From an uncultured bacterium (GTDB taxonomy: Bacteria; Krumholzibacteriota; Krumholzibacteriia; Krumholzibacteriales; Krumholzibacteriaceae), in the NCBI GenBank assembly GCA_965371515.1, contig CBDUYR010000002.1, forward strand, positions 32,001 through 96,000: DNA of 64,000 nt. Direction: 5' to 3'. Positions 55,939 to 64,000 of this stretch are shown here, piece by piece; position 1 is the first letter of the stretch; the number at the start of each line of letters is the position of its first letter. Under the pieces are notes generated by a model. The model searched no databases, had not been told where the DNA came from, and worked only from the letters and a program-made list of their open reading frames with translations. Made by a program: the position numbers and the translations under genes.

Positions 55939-58646
55939 CCGTGTGCCTCCAGCCAGTCGGCGCCGGTACCGACATCTACCTTCAGTGGAACGTCGAGCTC
56001 CAGGGCGGCCTCCATCTTCTCCCTTACAAGCTCGATCACCCGCTCCTTCTCGCCGAGCGGCACGTCGAATACAAGTTCGTCGTGGACCTGGAGTACCATC
56101 CTGGCCCCCAGTCCTTCCTCCGTGATCGCGGCATCGATATCTATCATCGCTATCTTGATCATGTCGGCGGCCGTACCCTGTATCGGCATGTTCACCGCGA
56201 TCCGTTCGGCGAAGCTCCTCAGCCTGCCGTCGCCCGAATCTATCTCGGGGAGCGGGCGGCGCCTTCCGAGCAGCGTCTCCGAATAGCCCTTCTCCCTGGC
56301 GCTCTCCTTGGAGCTCTCTATGAAATCCCTGATCCCCGGATATTTATCGAAGTACTCGTCGATGAATCCCTTTGCCTCGTCGAAGGGAATCCTCAGCTGC
56401 TGGGAAAGCGCCCTCGGGCCCTGCCCGTACATCACCCCGAAGTTGATCGTCTTCGCTCCCGAGCGCATCTCGTGCGTCACTTCTTCCTCTGCTACCCCGA
56501 AGATCCTCGCCGCCGTGCGTGTGTGTATGTCGGCCTCTTCCCTGAAGGCAGCCACCAGTTCCGGATCTTTCGAGAGGTGCGCCATTATCCTCAACTCTAT
56601 CTGCGAGTAGTCGGCGTCGACCAGTATATTGCCCTTCCGGGGCACGAAAGCCCCCCTGATCCGCCTCCCCATCTCTGTCCTGATCGGGATATTCTGCAGA
56701 TTTGGATCGCTCGACGACAGGCGTCCGGTGGCCGTCACCGTCTGGTTGAACGATGTGTGTATCCTTCCCGTCTTTCCGCTGACCAGTTTCGGCAGTGCAT
56801 CGATATAGGTTCCGGCGAGCTTGGCAAGCTGCCTGTACTCGAGTATCAGGCCCGCAATCACGTTCTCTACCGCCAGTTCGGTAAGGACCCTGACGTCGGT
56901 CGACCAGCCCGTCTTCGTCTTCCTCGACGAAGGCAGCCCCAGTTTCTCGAAGAGGATATGCTGTAGCTGCTTCCCCGAGTTGATATTAAACGTCTCGCCG
57001 GCAAGGGCGTAGATCTCACCGGTTAGCCTGTCGACCTCGGTGGCGACCTTCCCGGAAAGCGCCTTCAACCTCTTCGTGTAGACTCCCATCCCCTCGAGCT
57101 CCATCCTCTTGAGGACGAAGCTCAGGGGCATCTCGATATCGGTGAAGAGCTTCCCCGCGTCGGTCCCTTCGAGGTCGGGCTCGAAGGACTCCCGCAGCCG
57201 GAGCGTAAAGTCGGCGTCCTCGCAGGCGTATTCTGTAAGCTTCCCGGGGGAGACCGTCCTGATATCCTTCGTCCGGTCGCCCTTCTCGAAGAGTTCCTTG
57301 TAAGGGATCATCCTGTGGCGGAAATAGTCCATCGCGAGGTTGTCGAGCGAATGCGAGCGCCTCGACGGATCGATGCAGTACGACGCTATCATCGTGTCCC
57401 AGGTCACGTTTCCAACGGGCAGCCCGTGTGCCTCCAGTACCTTCAGATCGTACTTTATATTGTGCCCGGTCTTCTCCGTCGCATCGCTTTCCAGGACCGG
57501 GCCGAGCACCTCCCTCACCTTCTCCAGCGGAATGCCCGGGGAATCTCCTTCAATGTCGAAGAGCCCCGTAGTTTCCATTTGCTCACGTGACTCCACGGGA
57601 ACGAAGAAGGCCCGTCCTTCCTCGCAGCAGAACGAGATCCCCACGAGTTCGGCCTCGAGAGGATCGAGAGACGTCGTCTCCGTATCCAGCGCGAAACCGC
57701 CCGCCTCGGTGAGGATGGAAGCAAGGTTCTGGAGACCCGCCTCGTCGACCATGCTGTAATCAGCCGATGAGGCCGAAACGCTCCGCCCGAGATCGAGCTC
57801 CTTTATCACCTGGTTGAACTCAAGATCGAGAAGCATGTCGAGAAGGGCCTCGTCGTCCCTCTCCCTCTTCCCGAGCTGGTCAATGGTGACATCGAGTGGT
57901 ACATCGATCAGGGTCACAAGATCCCTCGACATCAGCGCGTCCTCTCTGCCCGCTTCTATCTTCCTTCGCACGTGGGCCGGCTCGATCTCCCCGCTCCTCT
58001 CGAATATAGCGTCCAGTGAGCCGAAATCCTGGAGGAGCTTCAGCGCCGTCTTCTCGCCTATCCCCTTCACTCCGGGTATGTTGTCCACGCTGTCCCCCAT
58101 CAGGGCGAGCAGATCGACGATCTGGTCCGGCCGGAGACCGTATTTCCGCGCGACCATGTCGGGGCCCGACACGTCGGCAAGATTGGTTCCCTTGCCGGGA
58201 CGGATGATCCTGACCCGGTCGGAGAGAAGCTGGAAGAGATCCTTGTCACCCGACACTATCCTCACGTCCATACCGCTCGTCTCGGCCTCACCGGCAAGAG
58301 TGGCGATAATGTCGTCCGCCTCGTAACCCGGCTTTACGACGACCGGTATCCCCATCGCCTCGAGCATCTCGACGATAACGGGAAACTGGGGGGACAGATC
58401 GTCAGGCATCTCCTCCCTGTTCGCCTTGTAGTCGGAGTATTCCCTGTGGCGCCCGGTCTCCTCTTCGCTGTCGAATACGCAGACTAGCATCTCCGGATCG
58501 TAGCGCTCGACAAGCTGCAGAACCGTCCGCAGGAATCCGTATACTGCGCTGGTGTTCTCTCCGCGCGAGTTCGTCAGCGGATTTCGTATGAATGCGAAAT
58601 ACGACCTGTAGGCGATGGCGTGCCCGTCGATCAGGAATAGTGCCAT
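55935..58646 (-). CDS. polA: DNA polymerase I
   Basis: 5' nuclease LIDG..YR, 3'-5' exo DTETT, motif A DYSQIELR, motif B KTINFGVMYG, motif C VHDE. Confidence 0.98.
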   Translation of the reverse strand: MALFLIDGHAIAYRSYFAFIRNPLTNSRGENTSAVYGFLRTVLQLVERYDPEMLVCVFDSEEETGRHREYSDYKANREEMPDDLSPQFPVIVEMLEAMGIPVVVKPGYEADDIIATLAGEAETSGMDVRIVSGDKDLFQLLSDRVRIIRPGKGTNLADVSGPDMVARKYGLRPDQIVDLLALMGDSVDNIPGVKGIGEKTALKLLQDFGSLDAIFERSGEIEPAHVRRKIEAGREDALMSRDLVTLIDVPLDVTIDQLGKRERDDEALLDMLLDLEFNQVIKELDLGRSVSASSADYSMVDEAGLQNLASILTEAGGFALDTETTSLDPLEAELVGISFCCEEGRAFFVPVESREQMETTGLFDIEGDSPGIPLEKVREVLGPVLESDATEKTGHNIKYDLKVLEAHGLPVGNVTWDTMIASYCIDPSRRSHSLDNLAMDYFRHRMIPYKELFEKGDRTKDIRTVSPGKLTEYACEDADFTLRLRESFEPDLEGTDAGKLFTDIEMPLSFVLKRMELEGMGVYTKRLKALSGKVATEVDRLTGEIYALAGETFNINSGKQLQHILFEKLGLPSSRKTKTGWSTDVRVLTELAVENVIAGLILEYRQLAKLAGTYIDALPKLVSGKTGRIHTSFNQTVTATGRLSSSDPNLQNIPIRTEMGRRIRGAFVPRKGNILVDADYSQIELRIMAHLSKDPELVAAFREEADIHTRTAARIFGVAEEEVTHEMRSGAKTINFGVMYGQGPRALSQQLRIPFDEAKGFIDEYFDKYPGIRDFIESSKESAREKGYSETLLGRRRPLPEIDSGDGRLRSFAERIAVNMPIQGTAADMIKIAMIDIDAAITEEGLGARMVLQVHDELVFDVPLGEKERVIELVREKMEAALELDVPLKVDVGTGADWLEAHG

Positions 58647-58661
58647 CCCTGCCCTCCATGG

Positions 58662-59255
58662 TCAGATGTCAGAATACAGTCCCCTGGTTTCTATATACCG
58701 CTCGACCGGTCCAGGCACGAGGTACCTGATCGTCCGTCCCTCCCGGACCCGGCTCCTTATCTCACTCGCGGAGATCGTGTTGGAGCCCGTCTCGAGGATT
58801 ATCACTGCCGCTCCGGCGGGAGGCGCGGGAAGATCGCCGCTGCCCGGACGTGTCATCGAGATTATCGTCGCGTTGTCGAATATCGCGTCGGGATTCCGCC
58901 ACTTCCCCATCTCCGAGAGGGAGTCGCTGCCTACGATCAGGTGAAGCCGCTCCCTGCCGTACCCGGCGTTCGAGTAATGAAGTACCGATTCCCATGTATA
59001 GGATTGCCCTTCGGATCCCTCTATAAGGGAGAGCTCGAACAGTTCGTTCCCCTCGATTGCGAGGCGGACCATCGCGATGCGATCCTCGAAAGGTGAGAGC
59101 GTCCTGCCTGTCTTGTGCGGGGGTGCGGCTGTCGGCACGAAGAGTACCCTGTCCAGGCCGGCGAAATCAGCCGCCATCTGCGCGAGGATCAGGTGCCCGG
59201 TATGCACAGGATCGAAAGACCCCCCGAACAGTCCTATCCTTTCTTCGTCAGCCAC
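58662..59255 (-). CDS. nadD: Nicotinate-nucleotide adenylyltransferase
   Basis: GGSFDPVHTGH, PPHK, SYT, ISASEIR. Confidence 0.94.
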   Translation of the reverse strand: MADEERIGLFGGSFDPVHTGHLILAQMAADFAGLDRVLFVPTAAPPHKTGRTLSPFEDRIAMVRLAIEGNELFELSLIEGSEGQSYTWESVLHYSNAGYGRERLHLIVGSDSLSEMGKWRNPDAIFDNATIISMTRPGSGDLPAPPAGAAVIILETGSNTISASEIRSRVREGRTIRYLVPGPVERYIETRGLYSDI

Positions 59256-60063
59256 CAGAATTCTCTTTCGAAAGTTTCTTCAGCCGCGCCGAGGCCGATC
59301 TCTTCTCCGAGAAATCGTGCTTCGACCTTACGGCTCTGCTGTACGATTCCGCCGCTATGCCGTTCTCGCCATTCGCCTGCTGGATGTACCCGATGTAGTA
59401 CCAGCTCCTGCCGGCCCACCGCGAATCGGGATACTGGTCGATTACTTTCCTGAAGTATATCTCCGCCGCACCGTAATGCTTCCTTTTGAAATATAACTTC
59501 GCGCTCTGATAGGCCTTCTTCCCGAGCACATCATGGATATCGTTCCGGACCTTAAGGGCCTCTTCCTTGCGCGGACTGTCGGGGAAAATATCGAGGAAAC
59601 GTTCGATCCGGGCAAGAGCCTCGTACGAATGGGTCTGGTCCCTTTCTGCCCTTTGCGTCATCTCGAAGGCGCACATACCCTCGAGGAAAAAAGCGTCGTC
59701 GACATACTCGCTGTATCCGTAATCCGCGATCAGTATCCTGTATTCGACGGAGGCGATGGCATACTCTCTGGCGCCCCTGTACGATTCTGCCAGCATGAAC
59801 TGAGCGTAGTCGCCCCTCTCATCCCCGGCGAAGACGGCGAGGAAGTCCTTGTACTCCATCCCTGCCTGCGCATACTTCTTCCTCGCAAAGAAGTCGTCCG
59901 CGATCCGCAGCTTCTCGTCGGGAACGTTTACACTGCGGGTCGAGTACGGCCCGCCGCATGAGACGAGCGCAGACGCGCACACGATCAGGACAGCCAGTCC
60001 CCTAACGGAGGTTTTTCTTTCTCTCCGCTTCAATCCTCTCGATCCTTTCCTTGGCCTTTTCAA
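59248..60063 (-). CDS. bamD: Outer membrane protein assembly lipoprotein BamD
   Basis: Lipobox LVS-C, TPRs, ERDQT, FPDS, YFKRKHY.AA; start uncertain. Confidence 0.85.
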   Translation of the reverse strand: MKRPRKGSRGLKRRERKTSVRGLAVLIVCASALVSCGGPYSTRSVNVPDEKLRIADDFFARKKYAQAGMEYKDFLAVFAGDERGDYAQFMLAESYRGAREYAIASVEYRILIADYGYSEYVDDAFFLEGMCAFEMTQRAERDQTHSYEALARIERFLDIFPDSPRKEEALKVRNDIHDVLGKKAYQSAKLYFKRKHYGAAEIYFRKVIDQYPDSRWAGRSWYYIGYIQQANGENGIAAESYSRAVRSKHDFSEKRSASARLKKLSKENSGG

Positions 60064-60940
60064 CGAGCCTTCCGCTCGATCCGAGGTTAAGGTTCACGAC
60101 TTCGGTGTAATAGCGCACGGCCATCGAGTAGTCCGCTCTCGATTCGTATATCTCCGCAAGCAGGAAGTTGGCCTTCTCCCTGACGAGCGGATTTCCCGCC
60201 GTCGCCGCCAGTTCGCCGAGGATCCGTTCGGCCTCTTCGGGCTCACCGCCCGACAGCATCTCCCTGCCCGAATCGAGAAGGAGATTCTCGAGCTTCCACT
60301 GTGCCGTGCTTCTCATCCTGCTCTCGGGATACCGGTCCTGAAACTCCCTGTAGAGCTGGATCGCCTCGAGAGTATCGCCGTACCCCTCGTACGCAGCTCC
60401 CAGATCCATCATAACTACCGCGGCGCCGGCCGTGTCGGGATATTGCCCGAGGAAGACGGTATAGTAATCTATCGCCCCCCGGTAGTCCTTCCTGTCGAGC
60501 ATCAGATCTCCGGCAATCCCGTTGAACCGGCCGAAATCGAGATCCTTCCCGTAGATCACCGCCTGGATGATGAACCGGCTTCCCTTCTTCACCAGTCCTT
60601 TTTCGAGATTCTCGAGTGCTTCGTCCCTCAGCACGCCGGCTATCATCGGGGCCCACGTCGAGTCGCTGCTGAACACCTCGGCGAAGCTGTCCGAGGCCTC
60701 GGCCTCTATATCGAGCTTCATATAAGATTTGCCTGTCAGGAAGAGGAGCTCAGGCGTACACTCGCCGCCCCGGCGAAAGTGAAGCCTCGTGATGAAAAGA
60801 GCCTCACGGAAGTTACCCTTCGCATATTCCTCCTCGGCCTGCTCGAACACTGTTTTATTTCCGCACGAGGCCGCGGCAGTGGTCATCATGGCAAGCCCGA
60901 GGCATGCGAGCCTTCTGAAGTGACGTCGGAAGACTATCAT
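60002..60940 (-). CDS. TPR-repeat lipoprotein (CpoB/BamD-like repeats)
   Basis: Lipobox AAS-C; multiple TPR helices with YP.S/T turns. Confidence 0.7.
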   Translation of the reverse strand: MIVFRRHFRRLACLGLAMMTTAAASCGNKTVFEQAEEEYAKGNFREALFITRLHFRRGGECTPELLFLTGKSYMKLDIEAEASDSFAEVFSSDSTWAPMIAGVLRDEALENLEKGLVKKGSRFIIQAVIYGKDLDFGRFNGIAGDLMLDRKDYRGAIDYYTVFLGQYPDTAGAAVVMMDLGAAYEGYGDTLEAIQLYREFQDRYPESRMRSTAQWKLENLLLDSGREMLSGGEPEEAERILGELAATAGNPLVREKANFLLAEIYESRADYSMAVRYYTEVVNLNLGSSGRLVEKAKERIERIEAERKKNLR

Positions 60941-60952
60941 CCGCCTCCCGGT

Positions 60953-61642
60953 TCAGTTGGAATCCTGATTTGAGAAGAACAGGTATACCAGGCCCACGAC
61001 GATCCCGGTGACGATGACAGGTTCGACGAACCTGCCCCACCGGATCTCGTCTCTGACCGGCATGGTGAAATCGTGCGCGGGATCCTCTACGCGTTCAAGC
61101 AGCGAATACGCAATCCTGTCCTCGTACTTCTTTTGTGACTCTCCGACCCAGACGATCTCGCCTGTAGCGGAATCGAGCAGTTTGGCGAATATGCCCACTT
61201 CGGCAAGCCTTTCGACCTCTTTCGCCCCGACCCAGTAACTCCGGCCGATGTCCGGGTACTTTATGGAGTAACTTATGATCTGGTAGGAAAACACGTATTC
61301 GGAGACCGCCTCCTGCTCAGTGTCCGCGGTCTTGGAGGCGATTCGAAGACCTGCTTTCGTCATCTTCCTGACCAGTTCGTTCTCGAAGACGTTGTCGATG
61401 CCTGAGCTGATTCCCCCCTCTTTTCTGATAAGAAGGATGGTCTCTCTGGCGATCGAGGGCATGTTGCTGGTCAGTTCATCGAGAGCCTCACCGGCTATCT
61501 TCTCAAGGACCTCGTAGTTCGTTATCGTGTTTTCGCCGGTCCCATTGGGAGAGCTTACTGCAGGAAATGTCGTTATCAAAATGGCCAGACACAATATCGC
61601 TGCCATCCTGGCCAGAAATTTTTCGTCTCTGAAGCGATTCAC
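60953..61642 (-). CDS. Hypothetical exported protein with C-terminal membrane anchor
   Basis: RBS GGAGG; N-terminal signal; C-terminal EPVIVTGIVVGLVYLFFS. Confidence 0.7.
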   Translation of the reverse strand: MNRFRDEKFLARMAAILCLAILITTFPAVSSPNGTGENTITNYEVLEKIAGEALDELTSNMPSIARETILLIRKEGGISSGIDNVFENELVRKMTKAGLRIASKTADTEQEAVSEYVFSYQIISYSIKYPDIGRSYWVGAKEVERLAEVGIFAKLLDSATGEIVWVGESQKKYEDRIAYSLLERVEDPAHDFTMPVRDEIRWGRFVEPVIVTGIVVGLVYLFFSNQDSN

Positions 61643-61741
61643 GAAATACCTCCAATAGGGGCGTCCCGATCTGTTTATAAACGATACAGGCCGGAAAATT
61701 CCACCTTAACGCAGAAATAATCAGCATTTACGGAGTCAATG

Positions 61742-63091
61742 TCAAATGAAATCTCCGGCGGGCCGGGCGAAAAGGTCGTACGCTTCGGATCGTTCCACGA
61801 CGGCCCTTCCGATCGTCCCCGGAAGTGGTCCTGAACCCGCAAGCCAGGTTATCCCGTCGATCTCGGGAGCCTGTCCGTACCACCGTCCCGACACGGCCGT
61901 TTCCGTCCGGGTATCGACGAGCACATCTATTTCTCTCCCCTCCATTTCGGCGAGGATATCGGCGGAAATGTCGAATTGAAGCGAAGCGAGTTCCTCGAGC
62001 CTCTCGCTTACAACCTCGTCCGGCACCCGGTCATCGAGACGCGAGGCGGGCGTACCGCGCTCCGGCGACCACCTGAATATACCAGCGTGGTCGAACCTGT
62101 ACTCATCGATAAAGTCGACGAGGCGCCCGAAATCCTCTGCGGACTCGCCGGGGAATCCGGTCATCAGGGTCGTGCGTATCACGAGGTCCTCTACCGAGGA
62201 TCTGAGGGTATCAAACATCCTGCGCAGGTCCCTCTCCGTATAACCTCTCCCCATCCGTAAGAGGACGGGGTCCGATACGTGCTGGATGGGGATATCGAGG
62301 TACGGTATCACCTTCGTCGACCTGATGATCCCGGAGAGATTCTCCGCATCGACACGCGCCGGATGGAGATACATGAGCCTTATCCAGTCGAGGCCGCCGA
62401 TATCTGATATGTCTTCGAGAAGCGCCGGGAGGTCCTCACCGCTTCCCGTGTCTGTGCCCCAGGCGGTCGTATCCTGCGCGATGACGATCAGTTCCCTGAC
62501 TCCTGCCCGAGCGAGCCGGGAAACCTCTTCCAGAATCCCTTCCCGCTTGCGGCTTGCCAGATCTCCCCTTATAGACGGGATCGTGCAGTAGCTGCACCTG
62601 TTCGAGCACCCCTCGGATATCTTCAGGTAGGCGGAGTGCGGCGGAGTGAACAGCCTCCTTCCCGCCTCCCCCGGGACCGGACCGGCCACGGCGTCAGCCA
62701 GGCCGTCCATCGACTCAACGTCGAGAAATATATCAACCTCGGGCATGAGACCCTCGAGTCTCGCGCCCTCCCTGGTGACAAGACATCCCAGCACCGCGAG
62801 GAGCTGCCAGTCCTCCCTCGCGGCGGCGATCTCCAGGATCTGCTCCACCGATTCCTCTTCCGCCGCCTCGATGAAGGCACAGGTAGTCACGACGAGCAGC
62901 CCTGCCCCGGCTGGATCGACTGCCTCGGACCATCCCGCCGCCTCGAGGCGGGCCGCGACCCTTTCCGCATCCACCAGATTCTTGGGACAACCGAGATTGT
63001 AGAAATGGTAGGTCGCCGGACGGTCGATGTTATCTGCTTCCTTCGTATTCTTCACGACTGATGAGGACTTCCCGGGCCTTGCTGCCTTCAA
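61742..63091 (-). CDS. rimO: Ribosomal protein S12 methylthiotransferase
   Basis: LGCPKNLVDAE, TCAFI, CSNRCSYC, YLDIPIQH, TRAM QAPEIDG; start uncertain. Confidence 0.93.
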   Translation of the reverse strand: MKAARPGKSSSVVKNTKEADNIDRPATYHFYNLGCPKNLVDAERVAARLEAAGWSEAVDPAGAGLLVVTTCAFIEAAEEESVEQILEIAAAREDWQLLAVLGCLVTREGARLEGLMPEVDIFLDVESMDGLADAVAGPVPGEAGRRLFTPPHSAYLKISEGCSNRCSYCTIPSIRGDLASRKREGILEEVSRLARAGVRELIVIAQDTTAWGTDTGSGEDLPALLEDISDIGGLDWIRLMYLHPARVDAENLSGIIRSTKVIPYLDIPIQHVSDPVLLRMGRGYTERDLRRMFDTLRSSVEDLVIRTTLMTGFPGESAEDFGRLVDFIDEYRFDHAGIFRWSPERGTPASRLDDRVPDEVVSERLEELASLQFDISADILAEMEGREIDVLVDTRTETAVSGRWYGQAPEIDGITWLAGSGPLPGTIGRAVVERSEAYDLFARPAGDFI

Positions 63092-64000
63092 AGGGGCCGA
63101 CTACACCCGACTGTTCGAGCATGTCGATCAGCCTCGCCGCGCGGGCATAACCGACGCGGAGACGGCGCTGGATCAGCGAAATCGAGCCCTGCTGGTGAAT
63201 AATGACGAGCTCCCGCGCCTTTTCGAAGAGATCGTCGTCCACGTCGACGTCTTCCGAGTCTTCGCTCGCGGCCTTCTCTGAGAGGTCGATCTCCGCGCCC
63301 GGCCTGCCGAAATCCTTCCAGTAATCTGCGACGTTCTCCGCTTCCCTCTCTGAAATATAGGCGCCCTGGACCCGAACCGGCGAGGGGAGGTTCTTGGGCA
63401 GGTATAGCATGTCGCCATTGCCAAGCAGGGTCTCGGCGCCGTTCACGTCGAGGATCGTGCGCGAGTCGGTCTTCGATGTGACCTGGAAGGCTATCCTCGT
63501 CGGGAAGTTTGCCTTGATAAGGCCGGTTACCACATCTACCGAAGGCCTCTGCGTAGCGAATACCAGATGGATGCCTACGGCCCTGGCCATCTGGGAGAGC
63601 CTCGTGATAGGCGGGTATATCTCGTTGCCGAGCGAGACCATGAGGTCGGCCAGCTCGTCAATGATCGTCACGTAATAGGGCAGCCGGGTGAGCACCTCTT
63701 CCGTCTCCGGATGGTGGAGCTCTTCTGATTCGACTTTCCTGTTGAAGCTCTTGATGTTCTTTACCCCTAACTGGGCGAGGAGCCTGTATCGCCTGTCCAT
63801 CTCTATGGTGAGCCAGTTGAGTACCTTCAGCGTCGGCCTCGCCTCTGTTATCACCGGATGGAGGAGGTGCGGAATATCGTTGTAAGTGATCAGCTCCAGC
63901 CGCTTGGGATCAACGAGTATGAACCTGCAGGTCGCCGGTGTGTGCGTGAAGAGAAGCGAGCAGATGATCGAATTGATGCAGACGCTCTTCCCGCTCCCCG
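63030..64000 (-). CDS. ftsK: DNA translocase FtsK (C-terminal part; 5' end outside the window)
   Basis: GSGKSV at the window edge, DPKRLEL, IIDELADLM, ATQRPSVDV, gamma domain IQRRLRVGYARAARLID. Confidence 0.96.
   Translation of the reverse strand, partial: GSGKSVCINSIICSLLFTHTPATCRFILVDPKRLELITYNDIPHLLHPVITEARPTLKVLNWLTIEMDRRYRLLAQLGVKNIKSFNRKVESEELHHPETEEVLTRLPYYVTIIDELADLMVSLGNEIYPPITRLSQMARAVGIHLVFATQRPSVDVVTGLIKANFPTRIAFQVTSKTDSRTILDVNGAETLLGNGDMLYLPKNLPSPVRVQGAYISEREAENVADYWKDFGRPGAEIDLSEKAASEDSEDVDVDDDLFEKARELVIIHQQGSISLIQRRLRVGYARAARLIDMLEQSGVVGPFEGSKAREVLISREEYEGSR

Noticed and set aside
1..64000. CRISPR arrays, tRNA/rRNA, IS/integrase/phage or defence genes
   Set aside because: No repeat-spacer periodicity, cloverleaf or rRNA signatures, or transposase/integrase motifs seen; intergenic gaps are all under about 270 nt.

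Overview
GC-rich bacterial chromosomal window made up almost entirely of densely packed, mostly minus-strand housekeeping and cell-envelope genes of a diderm. The lpxC-fabZ fusion, strong Shine-Dalgarno use and McsA/McsB-ClpC suggest an FCB-associated candidate lineage such as Krumholzibacteriota, Latescibacterota or Eisenbacteria; this is inference only. Reading the minus strand from right to left: ftsK (partial)-rimO-hypothetical-TPR lipoprotein-bamD-nadD-polA-coaE-prfB (+1 frameshift)-lysS-lolC/E-lolD-mcsA-mcsB-clpC, then bamA-skp-lpxD-lpxC/fabZ-lpxA-gnnA-like-lpxB-DUF374-lpxK, then nadB-Minf_1886-like-membrane spermidine-synthase-like. A plus-strand block follows (GldA/F/G-like ABC + DUF4340, then an AmmeMemoRadiSam pair). 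Further left are hsp20-lon running directly into an LPS core operon (msbA, four GT9s, split hldA/hldC, GT4/GT2), DUF3108 and a DHS-fold protein, and the start of a polysaccharide export locus (phosphoglycosyltransferase, wza, wzz/wzc-like). I saw no rRNA, tRNA, CRISPR, phage or IS elements. Most notable observations: (i) the AmmeMemoRadiSam radical SAM has a twin-arginine signal and its fused AmrB-AmrA partner has a candidate signal peptide, converging on a catalytically divergent membrane spermidine-synthase-like gene; (ii) the leader of the polysaccharide operon holds two tandem terminator-like hairpins and a short uORF; (iii) three correctly spaced sigma54 promoters precede surface or membrane genes; (iv) protein quality-control genes are embedded in outer-membrane biogenesis operons; (v) a gnnA-like gene hints at diamino-glucose lipid A. 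All calls come from motif recognition by eye; no database searches were run.
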